DNA of 64,000 nt, from positions 20,894,001 through 20,958,000 of the forward strand of contig OZ024759.1 of assembly GCA_964016885.1 (NCBI GenBank), read 5' to 3'. Position numbers and translations under genes: made by a program. Positions 1 through 14,014 of this stretch are shown here, one piece after another. This DNA comes from Eledone cirrhosa (lineage: Eukaryota). The notes beneath the pieces were generated by a model. The model saw only the letters and a list, made by a program, of their open reading frames with translations. It ran no database searches and was not told where the DNA came from. Within the stretch, counting starts at the first letter, position 1. Each line of letters starts with the position of its first letter.

Positions 1-394
1 TTGAGATAATTATTGCCTTTCTTTTCTAAAAGATAAAAGAAAAGAGAAAATAGAGAAAGAGGAAAAAAGTAGAAAAGAGAAAGACTTGCCATATTTTCAC
101 ACTCGTCTCATTAGCTAGTTAATGGAGGACTTTATGTAAAACAAATGTAAAAAGCACAACGAAAAAGAGACGAACGAACACATCGAGGTTGTATGTATAG
201 CATGACAGACAGCAGCAGCTTGCCCCCATCCTCCAACAACCCGTCCCGACCGTTTTCATCAAAATAATCTTGGGGTAGAAAAGCTCTCAAAGTCATTCGT
301 TCGGGCCATTTATATTTACGATTTGATTGACGCTTGTGAGACACATAACACCGCACAATTCAAACATGGCTGACAATATCGTCTGCGTTCTGCT

Positions 395-521
395 CTTTCT
401 GTCTATGTCTATGTCTCTGTCTCTGTCTGTCTCTCTGTCTCTGCCAGCCTCTCTCTCTCTGCCAGCCTCTCTCTCTCTCTCTCTCCTCCCTCTCTTTCTC
501 TCTCCTCCCTCTCTTTCTCTT

Positions 522-557
<36 letters not shown>

Positions 558-625
558 ACTTTCTCTCACTCTCTGTTTCACACTCTCTCCATCTCTGTCT
601 CTCTTTGATTCGTTCTCACTCCCAC

Positions 626-708
<83 letters not shown>

Positions 709-951
709 AACACACACATACACACACACACATGCGCGCGCACTCTCTCTCCGCTCATTTCGTATCGTTTACCGCCGTTCGCCGTTTTCAAGACTCAAAC
801 ATTAGACAGGGGTGTGGAAGTGGGTAGACGAGATACCTGGGTTGTTCTTGCAGTTGTTGTTGATCTTCATTTTTTTTCTTTACTGTTGTTATTGGCTATT
901 ATTCAGATTTATGTATGTCGTCTGCATGGGTGAGTATACATACGTGTGTGC

Positions 952-992
<41 letters not shown>

Positions 993-1382
993 CATACACG
1001 TATATATATGTATATACATGTGTGTGTTTATATAGATGAGCGTATGTGTATGCCAATATGTATATATTACAATTGAGACTTTCAATTAGAAGAGCAACGC
1101 TGCTGTTGTTGTTGTTGTCGTCGTCGTTGTTGTTGTCGTTGTTGTTGTTGTCGTCGTTGTCGTCGTTGTTGTTTCTCCTCCCTCTAAACCCCCCCCCCCT
1201 CTTTTCCTCGTCTTTATCATTTCTCTTTTTCCGCCCCCATCCCCCTCTCCACCCTTCCCTCATATATCTCCTCTCTCTCTCTCTCTCTGTCTCTCACACA
1301 AACTCTCTCTTCTCTCTCTCTCTCTCTTACACATATACAAACTCTCTCTCTCCTCTCTCTCTCTCACAGATACACACTCTCT

Positions 1383-1414
<32 letters not shown>

Positions 1415-1635
1415 TCTCTTTTCTCTCCCATCTCTCTCCCCTTTCTCCCACCCTCCCATCTCTCTCTCCCACCCTCCCATCTCTCTCTCCCACCCTCCCA
1501 TCTCTCTCTCCCACCCTCCCATCTCTCCTCACCCTCCCATCTCTCTCCTCTTCACTCCCTCCTCTTCACCCTTCCCTCTCCCTTCTCTTCACCTCTCTCC
1601 CTCCCTCCTCTTCACCCCTCCCTCTCTCTCTCCTG
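395..1635. repeat. Compound (CT)n/(TA)n/(GTT)n microsatellite cluster
   Basis: Directly visible di- and trinucleotide runs; 20-bp CCCACCCTCCCATCTCTCTCT-like repeats at ~1447-1545. Confidence 0.95.
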
Positions 1636-1895
1636 GCACATTACCAAGTTAGTTAAGACAATAAATAGAACAAAACATTATTTTTTAACCGATTTCAGTA
1701 ATTTGACTGCGGCCATGCTACAATACAGTCTACAAATGATTTAGTCGATCATATCAACAGCAATATTTATTTTTTCATGTCTGGCAATTATTTTATCGAT
1801 CTCCGTTTTCGAACCGCAAAATTGTAGGACATTAGCAAACAGCAAACAGTAAACTTAAACACAGACACAGGCACACACGTGTATTTATATATAGA

Positions 1896-1989
1896 CAGGG
1901 TGTTTCAAAAAATGTATACACATTTCAACAGCATTCTAATAAATATTACTTGTACAGCTAATCAAAATGTGTACACGTTTTGGGACATA

Positions 1990-1992
<3 letters not shown>
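1896..1992. mobile_element. Tc1/mariner-type MITE (97 bp)
   Basis: Imperfect TIRs CAGGGTGTTTCAAAAAATGTATACACATTT / AAATGTGTACACGTTTTGGGACATACTG followed by TA. Confidence 0.6.
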
Positions 1993-2039
<47 letters not shown>

Positions 2040-2043
<4 letters not shown>

Positions 2044-2300
2044 AGATCAAAAGATGGTTAAAGGAGTTCCATGTATTTTATTATGCGCATTTCAAAAACA
2101 AACATCATCATGCAATAATATTTGTGTTTTCATCAGATAAAACAGGAGAACATGATATGAAGGCTAAAAAACACTTGTGGATAGTGCAGTTTTAAATCAA
2201 AATCTTATATTATGTATACTCCAGTCCTACAAACTGTAGAGTGCTTCTTATCCGATATCTGCATTGCTTTATTGTACTACAATAAAACTCACCTCCTACA
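2040..2300. mobile_element. Penelope-like foldback element, family A (hammerhead-bearing), internally inverted
   Basis: Matches 38871-39292, 47400-47562 and 37706-37800; flanked by (TA)n; segment 2200-2300 is inverted relative to the 38871 copy. Confidence 0.75.
2076..2142 (-). ncRNA. Minimal type I hammerhead ribozyme (family A)
   Basis: Minus strand: TTTTAT-CTGATGA-stem II-GAAA-TGCGCA-T-A-ATAAAA; complete core, palindromic stem III. Confidence 0.85.
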
Positions 2301-2318
2301 TATATATATATATATATA

Positions 2319-2513
2319 TAACAAACAGGGTGTGGTAAGATACCAGGTGGACCATAACGCACCAGAGTACTTAATACTTAGGGTAGTAGAGTGGGTAATA
2401 GGAAAAGAGTCAGGACCCCGACGGTTGAGCTCCGGCCGTTTAGACAGCTAGATCAGAATTCAGATCTCGAAAAGGCCGGAGCTCAGCCGTTGGGATCCTG
2501 ACTCTTTTCCTAT
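2319..2513. mobile_element. Foldback element family C (Penelope-like), copy 1
   Basis: GTGGTAAG..CCAGGTGGACCATAACGCACC..GTAGTAGAGTGGGTAATAGG body plus terminal inverted arm, in (TA)n. Confidence 0.7.
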
Positions 2514-2530
2514 ATATATATATATATATA

Positions 2531-2732
2531 TAGGAGTAAGTAAGACCCCGACGGCTGAGCTCAAGCCGTTTCGACGGCTAATTCTGTACTCGAATTACAG
2601 AATTAGCCGTCGAAACGGCTTGAGCTCAGCCGTCGCGGTCTTACTTAGTCCTATTACCCACTCTACTACCCTAAGTATTGAGTACTTTGGTGCGTTATGG
2701 TCCACCTGGTTCCTTACCACTTTTCCCTCGCT
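2531..2732. mobile_element. Foldback element family C, copy 2 (opposite orientation)
   Basis: Reverse complement of family C; palindrome centred ~2594; TA flanks. Confidence 0.7.
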
Positions 2733-3074
2733 ATATATATATATATATATTTATACTCAATACTTAGGGTAGTAGATATATATATGTGTGTGTGTGTATG
2801 TTTCTGTGTGTAAAAAGTAAACAGAAATAACAAAGCAAACGACGCAGTACAATGAAGAAATATATTAGTTTTAAGCTTGATATAGTAGGAAAAGAGTCTT
2901 AACGTTTCGGATGGTAGTCCTTCATGAGAAAATAGAATGTGAAATTAAAGAAGAAATAGAAAGATAGAGAAGAGTGAGCAGTGGCATATATATATATATA
3001 TATTGTGTGTATTTATGTACATATAATAGCACCACTGACGATGTTGCAGATGTGCAACGAAAGAACTTTGTTAG

Positions 3075-3268
3075 ACTATATATATGTGTTTGTGTCTATA
3101 TTATATCTGTATTTTTTACCGTTGGTCAGTCAATGGTAGCATTGAGGACCGAATAAATTAAATTAACCGATATAAAAGACACAGAAGCGAAAACCAACCA
3201 AACAGTGAGTGTGTTCTGTTATTAATTCTGGTAATATTATTACACAAATACGACCCTCTCCAAGTATA
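3075..3268. mobile_element. Dispersed ~190-bp TA-flanked repeat of unknown class
   Basis: Near-identical to 54545-54731, partial copy at 51080-51195. Confidence 0.7.
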
Positions 3269-3301
3269 ACCATATATATACATATATATATAACTAAGTA
3301 A

Positions 3302-3777
3302 TGTTCAGAGCCATGCTCAGCATTCTCGTGTAGCACCCATCCACCATCTGAGTAAGTTTCTTAGTCAGTGTCCAAGTCTCAGACCCATACAGCAGCACAG
3401 ACTCCACTACAGCAATGAAGAGGTGGATTTTCAGGTCTTTACGAAGGTTCGACTCCCACACCGATCTCAAGCTGTGGATTAAAAACTCAGAGCTGTATGG
3501 GAGCCTCCCAAAAGTCAGCTCAAAAGTGACACAGAGGAGACTGAGGTTAGCTGGACATGCTCACCGACATCCAGAGTTGACATTGCACTCAGTGCTCCTT
3601 TGGGAGCCCCTACATGGACACACTAGAAGAGGAAGACCAAGGTTAACGTATGTTGATGCCCTAAGGACAGACACTGGTCTGTTGGAGACGCAGGACATGG
3701 CAGCGATAATGAGGGACAGAGACCGCTGGAGAGAACTCGTCCATGGATCTCGGGAATTTTACCCGCCTTAGAAAAGA
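3302..3777 (+). mobile_element. RTE-clade LINE 3' fragment with 5' inversion and 12-bp TSD
   Basis: 3302-3479 minus strand encodes ..ESVLLYGSETWTLTKKLTQMVDGCYTRMLSMALNI; 3478-3771 plus strand encodes IKNSELYG..RRLRLAGHAHRH..RRGRPR..DRDRWR; TSD ATAACTAAGTAA at 3290-3301 and 3778-3789. Confidence 0.9.
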
Positions 3778-3789
3778 ATAACTAAGTAA

Positions 3790-3940
3790 GGCGGAGAATT
3801 GGCAGAGACGTTAAGACGTCGGATAGAATGCTTTACAGCATTCGTTCCACCTGAGTTCAAATAATCTCACCGGTGTCAACTTTGCCCTTCACCCGTTCGA
3901 GGTCGATCAAAAAATACCAGTCCAGTACTGCGGTGGATTC
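3790..3940 (+). mobile_element. tRNA-derived SINE, Nin-domain type
   Basis: TGGCAGA A-box-like head, GAGTTCAAAT B box, AACTTTGCC..GGTCGAT..TACCAG core. Confidence 0.75.
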
Positions 3941-4361
3941 TTCCTCTGTGTTCAGCTCTAGAGAAGGTTGGGCTCCGCCAGATTTAAATGTGCCCTAGAC
4001 ACGCCGTATGATGGTGCCTCTACGATTCTACAAGGAATTATGTGAGTACTTATAGATATTGAGTATTTATTCTCACGTCTGTCATCATTACAGACGTAAT
4101 GTATATCTGTGGGCGTGTGTGTTTCGAAATATCTGTACAAGGCTGTAGAAATATAGGAAGATCCCATCGATCGTTCGTTTTTTTTTTTTAACCGTTTCTA
4201 CTTCACATTTGACAAAAGGGGGTTAGCCCCGAAATATTATGTTGAAATTTGTTTCATTTGTCAACCTTTAGCCTTTATATATTTCTACCGCGTTGAACCG
4301 GCTTTTATCAACTTATCAGTCATTTGTTACATATCTCACAATGCTTCGTATTATTATATAT

Positions 4362-4760
4362 TTGGCAGTATCGGTAGAGGGTTGGACGCCATGCTTTGAT
4401 GCATAGAGTTACGGCCCTTGCCATTCTGAGTTCAAATCCCGCCTAGGTTAACTTTGCCTTTCATCCTTACGGGGGTCGATAAAATAAAGTACCAGTAATG
4501 CACTCGGATAATTGCTGGCCTTGTGCCAAAAGTAGAAACAATTATTATATATATGAAATATATATAATGGCGGTGGATTGGCAGTATCGGTAGAGAGTCG
4601 GACGCCATGTTTTCCAGCATAGTTACGTCCCTTTACGATCTCAGTTGAAATCCCGCCGAGGTTGACTTTGCCTTTCATCCTTACGGGGGTCGATAAAATA
4701 AAGTACCAGTAATGCACTGGGTAAATTGCTGGCTTTGTGCCTAAAGTAGAAATAATTATT
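4362..4760 (+). mobile_element. Two tandem Nin-type SINEs (4362-4545, 4568-4760)
   Basis: Each has TGGCAGTATCGGTAGAG head, B box, GCCTTTCATCCTTACGGGGGTCGATAAAATAAAGTACCAG core and GTGCCAAAAGTAGAAA-like tail. Confidence 0.85.
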
Positions 4761-4767
4761 ATATATA

Positions 4768-5022
4768 TGAAAAGATTAAGGGCCCCCACGGCTGAGCGCC
4801 GGCCGTTTCGAATACTAGATCCGAACTGAGTGGGTAGACGAGATATCTAGGTTGTTCTACAATTGATGTTGTTGATCTTCATTTTTTAGTTCGGCTCTAG
4901 CTATCGAAACGGCCGGAGCTCAGCCGTTCGGATCCTGAATCTTTTCATATTACCCACTCTGCTACCCCAAGTATAGAGTACTGTGGTGGTTTATGGTCCA
5001 CCTGGTATTTTACCACACCCTT

Positions 5023-5025
<3 letters not shown>
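4768..5025. mobile_element. Foldback element family C, diverged copy with ~60-bp loop insert
   Basis: Inverted arms 4768-4827 / 4888-4950; loop 4829-4887 matches 819-877. Confidence 0.7.
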
Positions 5026-5084
<59 letters not shown>

Positions 5085-5432
5085 AAGATATATACAAATA
5101 TAGATAGAAAAATTATCTTTTTAAATAATATTTATTTCCTTACACATGTTTCAATACATTCAATTATCTGAAATGTTATGAAACAATTCACATAATCAAT
5201 ATACATACACAAGCATTGATATATAGGTATATATAATATATAAACACACCGAGCTAATTCTGAAAAGACGTAGCAATTCTATACTATATATATATATATA
5301 TATATGCAACTAGTTCTTTGAGAAAACAACACCAAACGTCACCACTGCACTGAGCGTATAAAAAAAAGTCGAAATAACAGAAGTAAACTTTATTCCATCG
5401 TTATGTTTTTCTGTTTTATGTTGAAATTCTAG

Positions 5433-5490
5433 CTATCTGATGAGGTCATAGCTGTTGCATAATGGTTATCACCGAAATATATATAACAAC
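5433..5490 (+). ncRNA. Degenerate hammerhead ribozyme
   Basis: CTGATGA-GGTCATAGC..GTTATCACC-GAAA-TATATA-TA; homologous to 26310-26365 but stem I mismatched. Confidence 0.55.
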
Positions 5491-5549
5491 GAAAATATGA
5501 ATAGACGAAGTTAATTTTAACCTGTTGACTTACACTTCTTATTTATATA

Positions 5550-5765
5550 TATATATAGTAATAATAATAAATGTGAAGACTAAAATCCAAAGAGGGCTCG
5601 ATAAGGATAAATATATAAGAACCCTAGAGCAAATATTTATTAAAATAACAGATTAAAGTTTAAGCAAAGAATCGCTGCTTTCACCCTTAACGGGATCTTC
5701 TGAAGATCCCGTTAAGAGTGAAAGCAGCGATTCTTTGCTTAAACTTTAATCTGTTATTTTAATAA

Positions 5766-5768
<3 letters not shown>
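5550..5768. mobile_element. Foldback element family B with 135-bp near-perfect palindrome
   Basis: Arms 5634-5700 / 5702-5768; family copies at 37535-37700, 51210-51282, 53650-53706. Confidence 0.75.
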
Positions 5769-5830
<62 letters not shown>

Positions 5831-6151
5831 TATATACATACGCGCGCGCACATACACTCACACACACGCAACGTGATTGAGGTATTTCCACAACGTGATT
5901 GAGGTATTTCCACATCTGTGTGTTTGTGTGTCTGTGAATATGTTTGTACGTGTGTCTGAAACACGAAGGAGACCAGATGTAAATGAGTAGTACTCAATAC
6001 ATCTGTAGAGAACATAATTCTTCTTCTTCTTCTTCTTTTTCTTTTTCTTTTTCTTTTTCTTTTTCTTTTTCTTTTTCTTTTTCTTCTTCTTCTTGCAGAA
6101 CAACTCTCACGGAATTTACCAGAATTCCTTTCGTACAGTCTACCAGGGATT

Positions 6152-6184
<33 letters not shown>

Positions 6185-6531
6185 CACACACACCACACAC
6201 ACACATATATATATATACACACACGCACAGATACACACACATATATATATATATATATACACACACACAGATACACACATATATACAAAGATATACATAC
6301 GTATTCATCGACATACACAGAAACCTTGCCACACACTCACACACATATATACACTCAAACAGGCGAACGCATACACAGACCAGAAACCCCCCACCCCCCA
6401 CCCCACATTCCTACTCCGACAAAATCTCTCTCACGCGCACACACACACACACATACACACACACCGAGATACACTCGCATACTCACATAGACATAGACAC
6501 ACACAAGCAAGCAGCCCCCCACTCCCATCCC

Positions 6532-6575
<44 letters not shown>

Positions 6576-7059
6576 TACAGTTAAAGTTATTGAACCTAAT
6601 TAGTTATCAATCGAAGGCGACATGATGTCTGTATCGGAAATCAGAAATAATAATAATAATAATAATAATAGTAATAATATTTTTTTATTTGCCACAAGGA
6701 CATTGTATGAAGACAAACTTACTATGAAGGTCGGGGTTTTTATATGGATAAGAAACTACTACTACTACTACTACTACTTCTTCTTCTTTTTCTTCTTCTT
6801 CTTCCACTACTACTACCACTACTACTACTAATAATAAATAATGATAGTGGTGGTGATTTCTTTATTAACCACAAAGGGTTTACAAAAAGATACATTAAGG
6901 ACGGCACAATGCGAATAATAATAATAATTTAATGATAGTAATGATTTAATAATAATAATAATAATAATTTAATGATAGTAATGATTTAATAATAATAATA
7001 ATAATAATAATAATGATTTAATAATAATACTAATTATAACAAATAAATAAATAAGTAAT

Positions 7060-7375
7060 CGATAAAAGCCGAAATTAAAACCGAGAAATGGCGGCCAATA
7101 ACGAGATAATATCGAGGGCGTTAGTTGGTCGCGCGAGATTAAATAGGCTTATCAAAGTAAAAAGCATCACGTGATATGGTTTTGATGAATACCCGGTTAA
7201 ATTGTATACCCCGTTTGGTGTAGAAATTCGATTTAATGCAAGGATTGAGCGACCAAAATCGAAGTTAATTGATAGAAATTTGCTTGAAATTGGTTTCTAG
7301 ATCGACAAAAATTTACTGCTAAGATGGCTCCGTACTTTTGGCGTCAAGTTTATTGCAGAAGAGGTCAATAGGTTA
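7060..7375. promoter_or_regulatory. CpG-enriched island with promoter-like motifs
   Basis: AAATGGCGGC (YY1-like) overlapping CCAAT, TCGCGCGAGA, TCACGTGA E-box and AAGATGGC within ~300 bp of non-repetitive DNA. Confidence 0.35.
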
Positions 7376-7377
7376 CG

Positions 7378-9170
<1,793 letters not shown>

Positions 9171-9409
9171 ACATAGAATCCATTTATAAGTCTCTCTAGT
9201 ACCGGATGTGTTAAGTGCCCTCTAGTAGTAAATATGTTTAACAAATAGGGGTTAGTTAGAGTCATGGTTGCAGATGAGGGTTGGTGGGAGTTATTGACGG
9301 AGGAGAGGGAGACGAAGTGATCAGATAAAAGATTATAGTTGTTACCTCTCTTCATTTTGAGATCGATAAAAGGAAGTACCTGTAAGTACTGGGGTCCACT
9401 TACTCAACG

Positions 9410-12400
9410 ATCTTCTTCGTCGTTGTCCTGCGAAGTTGTTGGGGGTGGACAGAGTCCTCGAGCACTCCTTCCGGCAGGTCTTGTCAGAAGCAACGGTCTG
9501 CAACTGATCCGACTCGATCTCCAAGCGAGACCAGCCGACTCATGGATGTTATCCAACCATCTTGTACGGAGTCTACCTCTGGGTCTCCTGCCGGTTAGTG
9601 TTGCCCGTAAAATCTATCCAGCGATTCTTTCCTGAGACATTCTAACCATATGTCCATAGTATCGGAGCTGTGATATCTCAATTCGGAGAAGTAGCAGCTC
9701 TACCTGGAGTGACTCTCTGATGTGCGAGCTACAAATCTGTCCAGCGATTCTTTCCTGAGACATTCTAACCATATGTCCGTAGTATCGGAGCTGTGATCTC
9801 TTAATTCGCAGAAGTAGCGGCTCTACCTGGAGTGACTCTCTGATGTGCGAGCTACAAATCTGTCCAGCGATTCTTTCCTGAGACATTCTAACCATATGTC
9901 CATAGTATCGGAGCTGTGATCTCTTAATTCGCAGAAGTAGCGGCTCTACCTGGAGTGACTCTGATGTGCGAGCTACAAATCTGTCCAGCGATTCTTTCCT
10001 GAGACATTCTAACCATATGTCCATAGTATCGGAGCTGTGATCTCTTAATTCGCAGAAGTAGCGGCTCTACCTGGAGTGACTCTCTGATGTGCGAGCTACA
10101 AATCTGTCCAGCGATTCTTTCCTGAGACATTCTAACCATATGTCCATAGTATCGGAGCTGTGATCTCTTAATTCGCAGAAGTAGCGGCTCTACCTGGAGT
10201 GACTCTCTGATCTGCGAGCTACAAATCTGTCCAGCGATTCTTTCCTGAGACATTCTAACCATATGTCCATAGTATCGGAGCTGTGATCTCTTAATTCGCA
10301 GAAGTAGCGGCTCTACCTGGAGTGACTCTCTGATCTGCGAGCTACAAATCTGTCCAGCGATTCTTTCCTGAGACATTCTAACCATATGTCCATAGTATCG
10401 GAGCTGTGATCTCTTAATTCGCAGAAGTAGCGGCTCTACCTGGAGTGACTCTCTGATCTGCGAGCTACAAATCTGTCCAGCGATTCTTTCCTGAGACATT
10501 CTAACCATATGTCCATAGTATCGGAGCTGTGATCTCTTAATTTGCAGAAGTAGCGGCTCTACCTGGAGTGACTCTCTGATGTGCGAGCTACAAATCTGTC
10601 CAGCGATTCTTTCCTGAGACATTCTAACCATATGTCCATAGTATCGGAGCTGTGATCTCTTAATTCGCAGAAGTAGCGGCTCTACCTGGAGTGACTCTCT
10701 GATGTGCGAGCTACAAATCTGTCCAGCGATTCTTTCCTGAGACATTCTAACCATATGTCCATAGTATCGGAGCTGTGATCTCTTAATTCGCAGAAGTAGC
10801 GGCTCTACCTGGAGTGACTCTCTGATCTGCGACTTACAAATCTGTCCAGCGATTCTTTCCTGAGACATTCTAACCATATGTCCATAGTATCGGAGCTGTG
10901 ATCTCTTAATTCGCAGAAGTAGCGGCACTACCTGGAGTGACTCTCTGATGTGCGAGCTACAAATCTGTCCAGCGATTCTTTCCTGAGACATTCTAACCAT
11001 ATGTCCATAGTATCGGAGCTGTGATCTCTTAATTCGCAGAAGTAGCGGCTCTACCTGGAGTGACTCTCTGATGTGCGAGCTACAAATCTGTCCAGCGATT
11101 CTTTCCTGAGACATTCTAACCATATGTCCATAGTATCGGAGCTGTGATCTCTTAATTCGCAGAAGTAGCGGCTCTACCTGGAGTGACTCTCTGATGTGCG
11201 AGCTACAAATCTGTCCAGCGATTCTTTCCTGAGACATTCTAACCATATGTCCATAGTATCGGAGGTGTGCTCTCTTAATTCGCAGAAGTAGCGGCTCTAC
11301 CTGGAGTGACTCTCTGATGTGCGAGCTACAAATCTGTCCAGCGATTCTTTCCTGAGACATTCTAACCATATGTCCATAGTATCGGAGCTGTGATCTCTTA
11401 ATTCGCAGAAGTAGCGGCTCTACCTGGAGTGACTCTCTGATGTGCGAGCTACAAATCTGTCCAGCGATTCTTTCCTGAGACATTCTAACCATATGTCCAT
11501 AGTATCGGAGCTGTGATCTCTTAATTCGCAGAAGTAGCGGCTCTACCTGGAGTGACTCTGATGTGCGAGCTACAAATCTGTCGAGCGATTCTTTCCTGAG
11601 ACATTCTAACCATATGTCCATAGTATCGGAGCTGTGATCTCTTAATTCGCAGAAGTAGCGGCTCTACCTGGAGTGACTCTGATGTGCGAGCTACAAATCT
11701 GTCGAGCGATTCTTTCCTGAGACATTCTAACCATATGTCCGTAGTATCGGAGCTGTGATCTCTTAATTCGCAGAAGTAGCGGCTCTACCTGGAGTGACTC
11801 TGATGTGCGAGCTACAAATCTGTCGAGCGATTCTTTCCTGAGACATTCTAACCATATGTCCATAGTATCGGAGCTGTGATCTCTTAATTCGCAGAAGTAG
11901 CGGCTCTACCTGGAGTGACTCTCTGATGTGCGAGCTACAAATCTGTCCAGCGATTCTTTCCTGAGACATTCTAACCATATGTCCATAGTATCGGAGCTGT
12001 GATCTCTTAATTCGCAGAAGTAGCGGCTCTACCTGGAGTGACTCTCTGATGTGCGAGCTACAAATCTGTCCAGCGATTCTTTCCTGAGACATTCTAACCA
12101 TATGTCCATAGTATCGGAGCTGTGATCTCTTAATTCGCAGAAGTAGCGGCTCTACCTGGAGTGACTCTCTGATCTGCGACTTACAAATCTGTCCAGCGAT
12201 TCTTTCCTGAGACATTCTAACCATATGTCCATAGTATCGGAGCTGTGATCTCTTAATTCGCAGAAGTAGCGGCACTACCTGGAGTGACTCTCTGATGTGC
12301 GAGCTACAAATCTGTCCAGCGATTCTTTCCTGAGACATTCTAACCATATGTCCATAGTATCGGAGCTGTGATCTCTTAATTCGCAGAAGTAGCGGCTCTA

Positions 12401-13600
12401 CCTGGAGTGACTCTCTGATGTGCGAGCTACAAATCTGTCCAGCGATTCTTTCCTGAGACATTCTAACCATATGTCCATAGTATCGGAGCTGTGATCTCTT
12501 AATTCGCAGATGTAGCGGCTCTACCTGGAGTGACTCTCTGATGTGCGAGCTACAAATCTGTCCAGCGATTCTTTCCTGAGACATTCTAACCATATGTCCA
12601 TAGTATCGGAGCTGTGCTCTCTTAATTCGCAGAAGTAGCGGCTCTACCTGGAGTGACTCTCTGATGTGCGAGCTACAAATCTGTCCAGCGATTCTTTCCT
12701 GAGACATTCTAACCATATGTCCATAGTATCGGAGCTGTGATCTCTTAATTCGCAGAAGTAGCGGCTCTACCTGGAGTGACTCTCTGATGTGCGAGCTACA
12801 AATCTGTCCAGCGATTCTTTCCTGAGACATTCTAACCATATGTCCATAGTATCGGAGCTGTGATCTCTTAATTCGCAGAAGTAGCGGCTCTACCTGGAGT
12901 GACTCTGATGTGCGAGCTACAAATCTGTCGAGCGATTCTTTCCTGAGACATTCTAACCATATGTCCATAGTATCGGAGCTGTGATCTCTTAATTCGCAGA
13001 AGTAGCGGCTCTACCTGGAGTGACTCTGATGTGCGAGCTACAAATCTGTCGAGCGATTCTTTCCTGAGACATTCTAACCATATGTCCGTAGTATCGGAGC
13101 TGTGATCTCTTAATTCGCAGAAGTAGCGGCTCTACCTGGAGTGACTCTCTGATGTGCGAGCTACAAATCTGTCCAGCGATTCTTTCCTGAGACATTCTAA
13201 CCATATGTTCATAGTATCGGAGCTGTGATCTCTTAATTCAAATAAGTAGCGGCTCTACCTGGAGTGACTCTCTGATGTGCGAGCTACAAATCTGTCCAGC
13301 GATTCTTTCCTGAGACATTCTAACCATATGTCCATAGTATCGGAGCTGTGATCTCTTAATTCGCAGAAGTAGCGGCTCTACCTGGAGTGACTCTCTGATC
13401 TGTGAGCTACAAATCTGTCCAGCGATTCTTTCCTGAGACATTCTAACCATATGTCCATAGTATCGGAGCTGTGATCTCTTAATTCGCAGAAGTAGCGGCT
13501 CTATCTGGAGCAACTCTCTGATCTCCGAACTACACACTCTATCGAGTAACGTTAATCCAAAGACCCTTCGGAGGAACTCCATTTCGGCCGATCGTATTCA
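9410..13600 (-). mobile_element. RTE-clade LINE 3' fragment hosting an internal tandem array
   Basis: Minus strand AEMEFLRRVFGLTLLDRV..QLRYYGHMVRM.., then unique GRRPRGRLRTRWLDNIH-like end and GAAGAAG tail at ~9410. Confidence 0.9.
9614..13535 (-). repeat. LINE-derived tandem array, 32 units of 123 bp (six are 121 bp)
   Basis: Marker C(C/G)AGCGATTCTTTCC recurs from 9618 to 13419 at 123/121-bp spacing; unit = 41 codons SSHIRESLQVEPLLLRIKRSQLRYYGHMVRMSQERIAGQIC. Confidence 0.98.
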
Positions 13601-13958
13601 AAGTGGAAGCCGTACTCTGCCAAAAGTGCGTACTCTCACCTGTCCAGTTCATAATTTTCATGAACAGGTTTGACATGCGCAGCTGGGCTGGAAGTGTGTA
13701 TATTCTACATATATAGATGTGTGTGTCTGTGTGTGTGTACATATATATGTGTTGTATACGAAAGATGTGATGCCCTAGAAGACACCATTTCTAACCATTT
13801 CAAACACAATAAGATCTTCGGCTGACATAATGTTGCGATCAGTTGTTCAGTTATTCCAGATGGAATGCTTCAACCGTAAATCCACAGAACCCCTCGCAGC
13901 CATCGCCCCATCAACCCCCTTATAGCTACCACCATCTGGCAACCGGTTCACTAGGGAG

Positions 13959-13959
<1 letters not shown>

Positions 13960-14014
<55 letters not shown>

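Noticed and set aside
9924-12968. 565-aa and 401-aa ORFs as a host repeat-protein gene
   Set aside because: Pure tandem copies of a LINE segment, frameshifted by 2-bp deletions, with no unique domains or start context
9614-13535. CRISPR-like array
   Set aside because: Units are contiguous with no unique spacers, no cas genes, eukaryotic LINE origin
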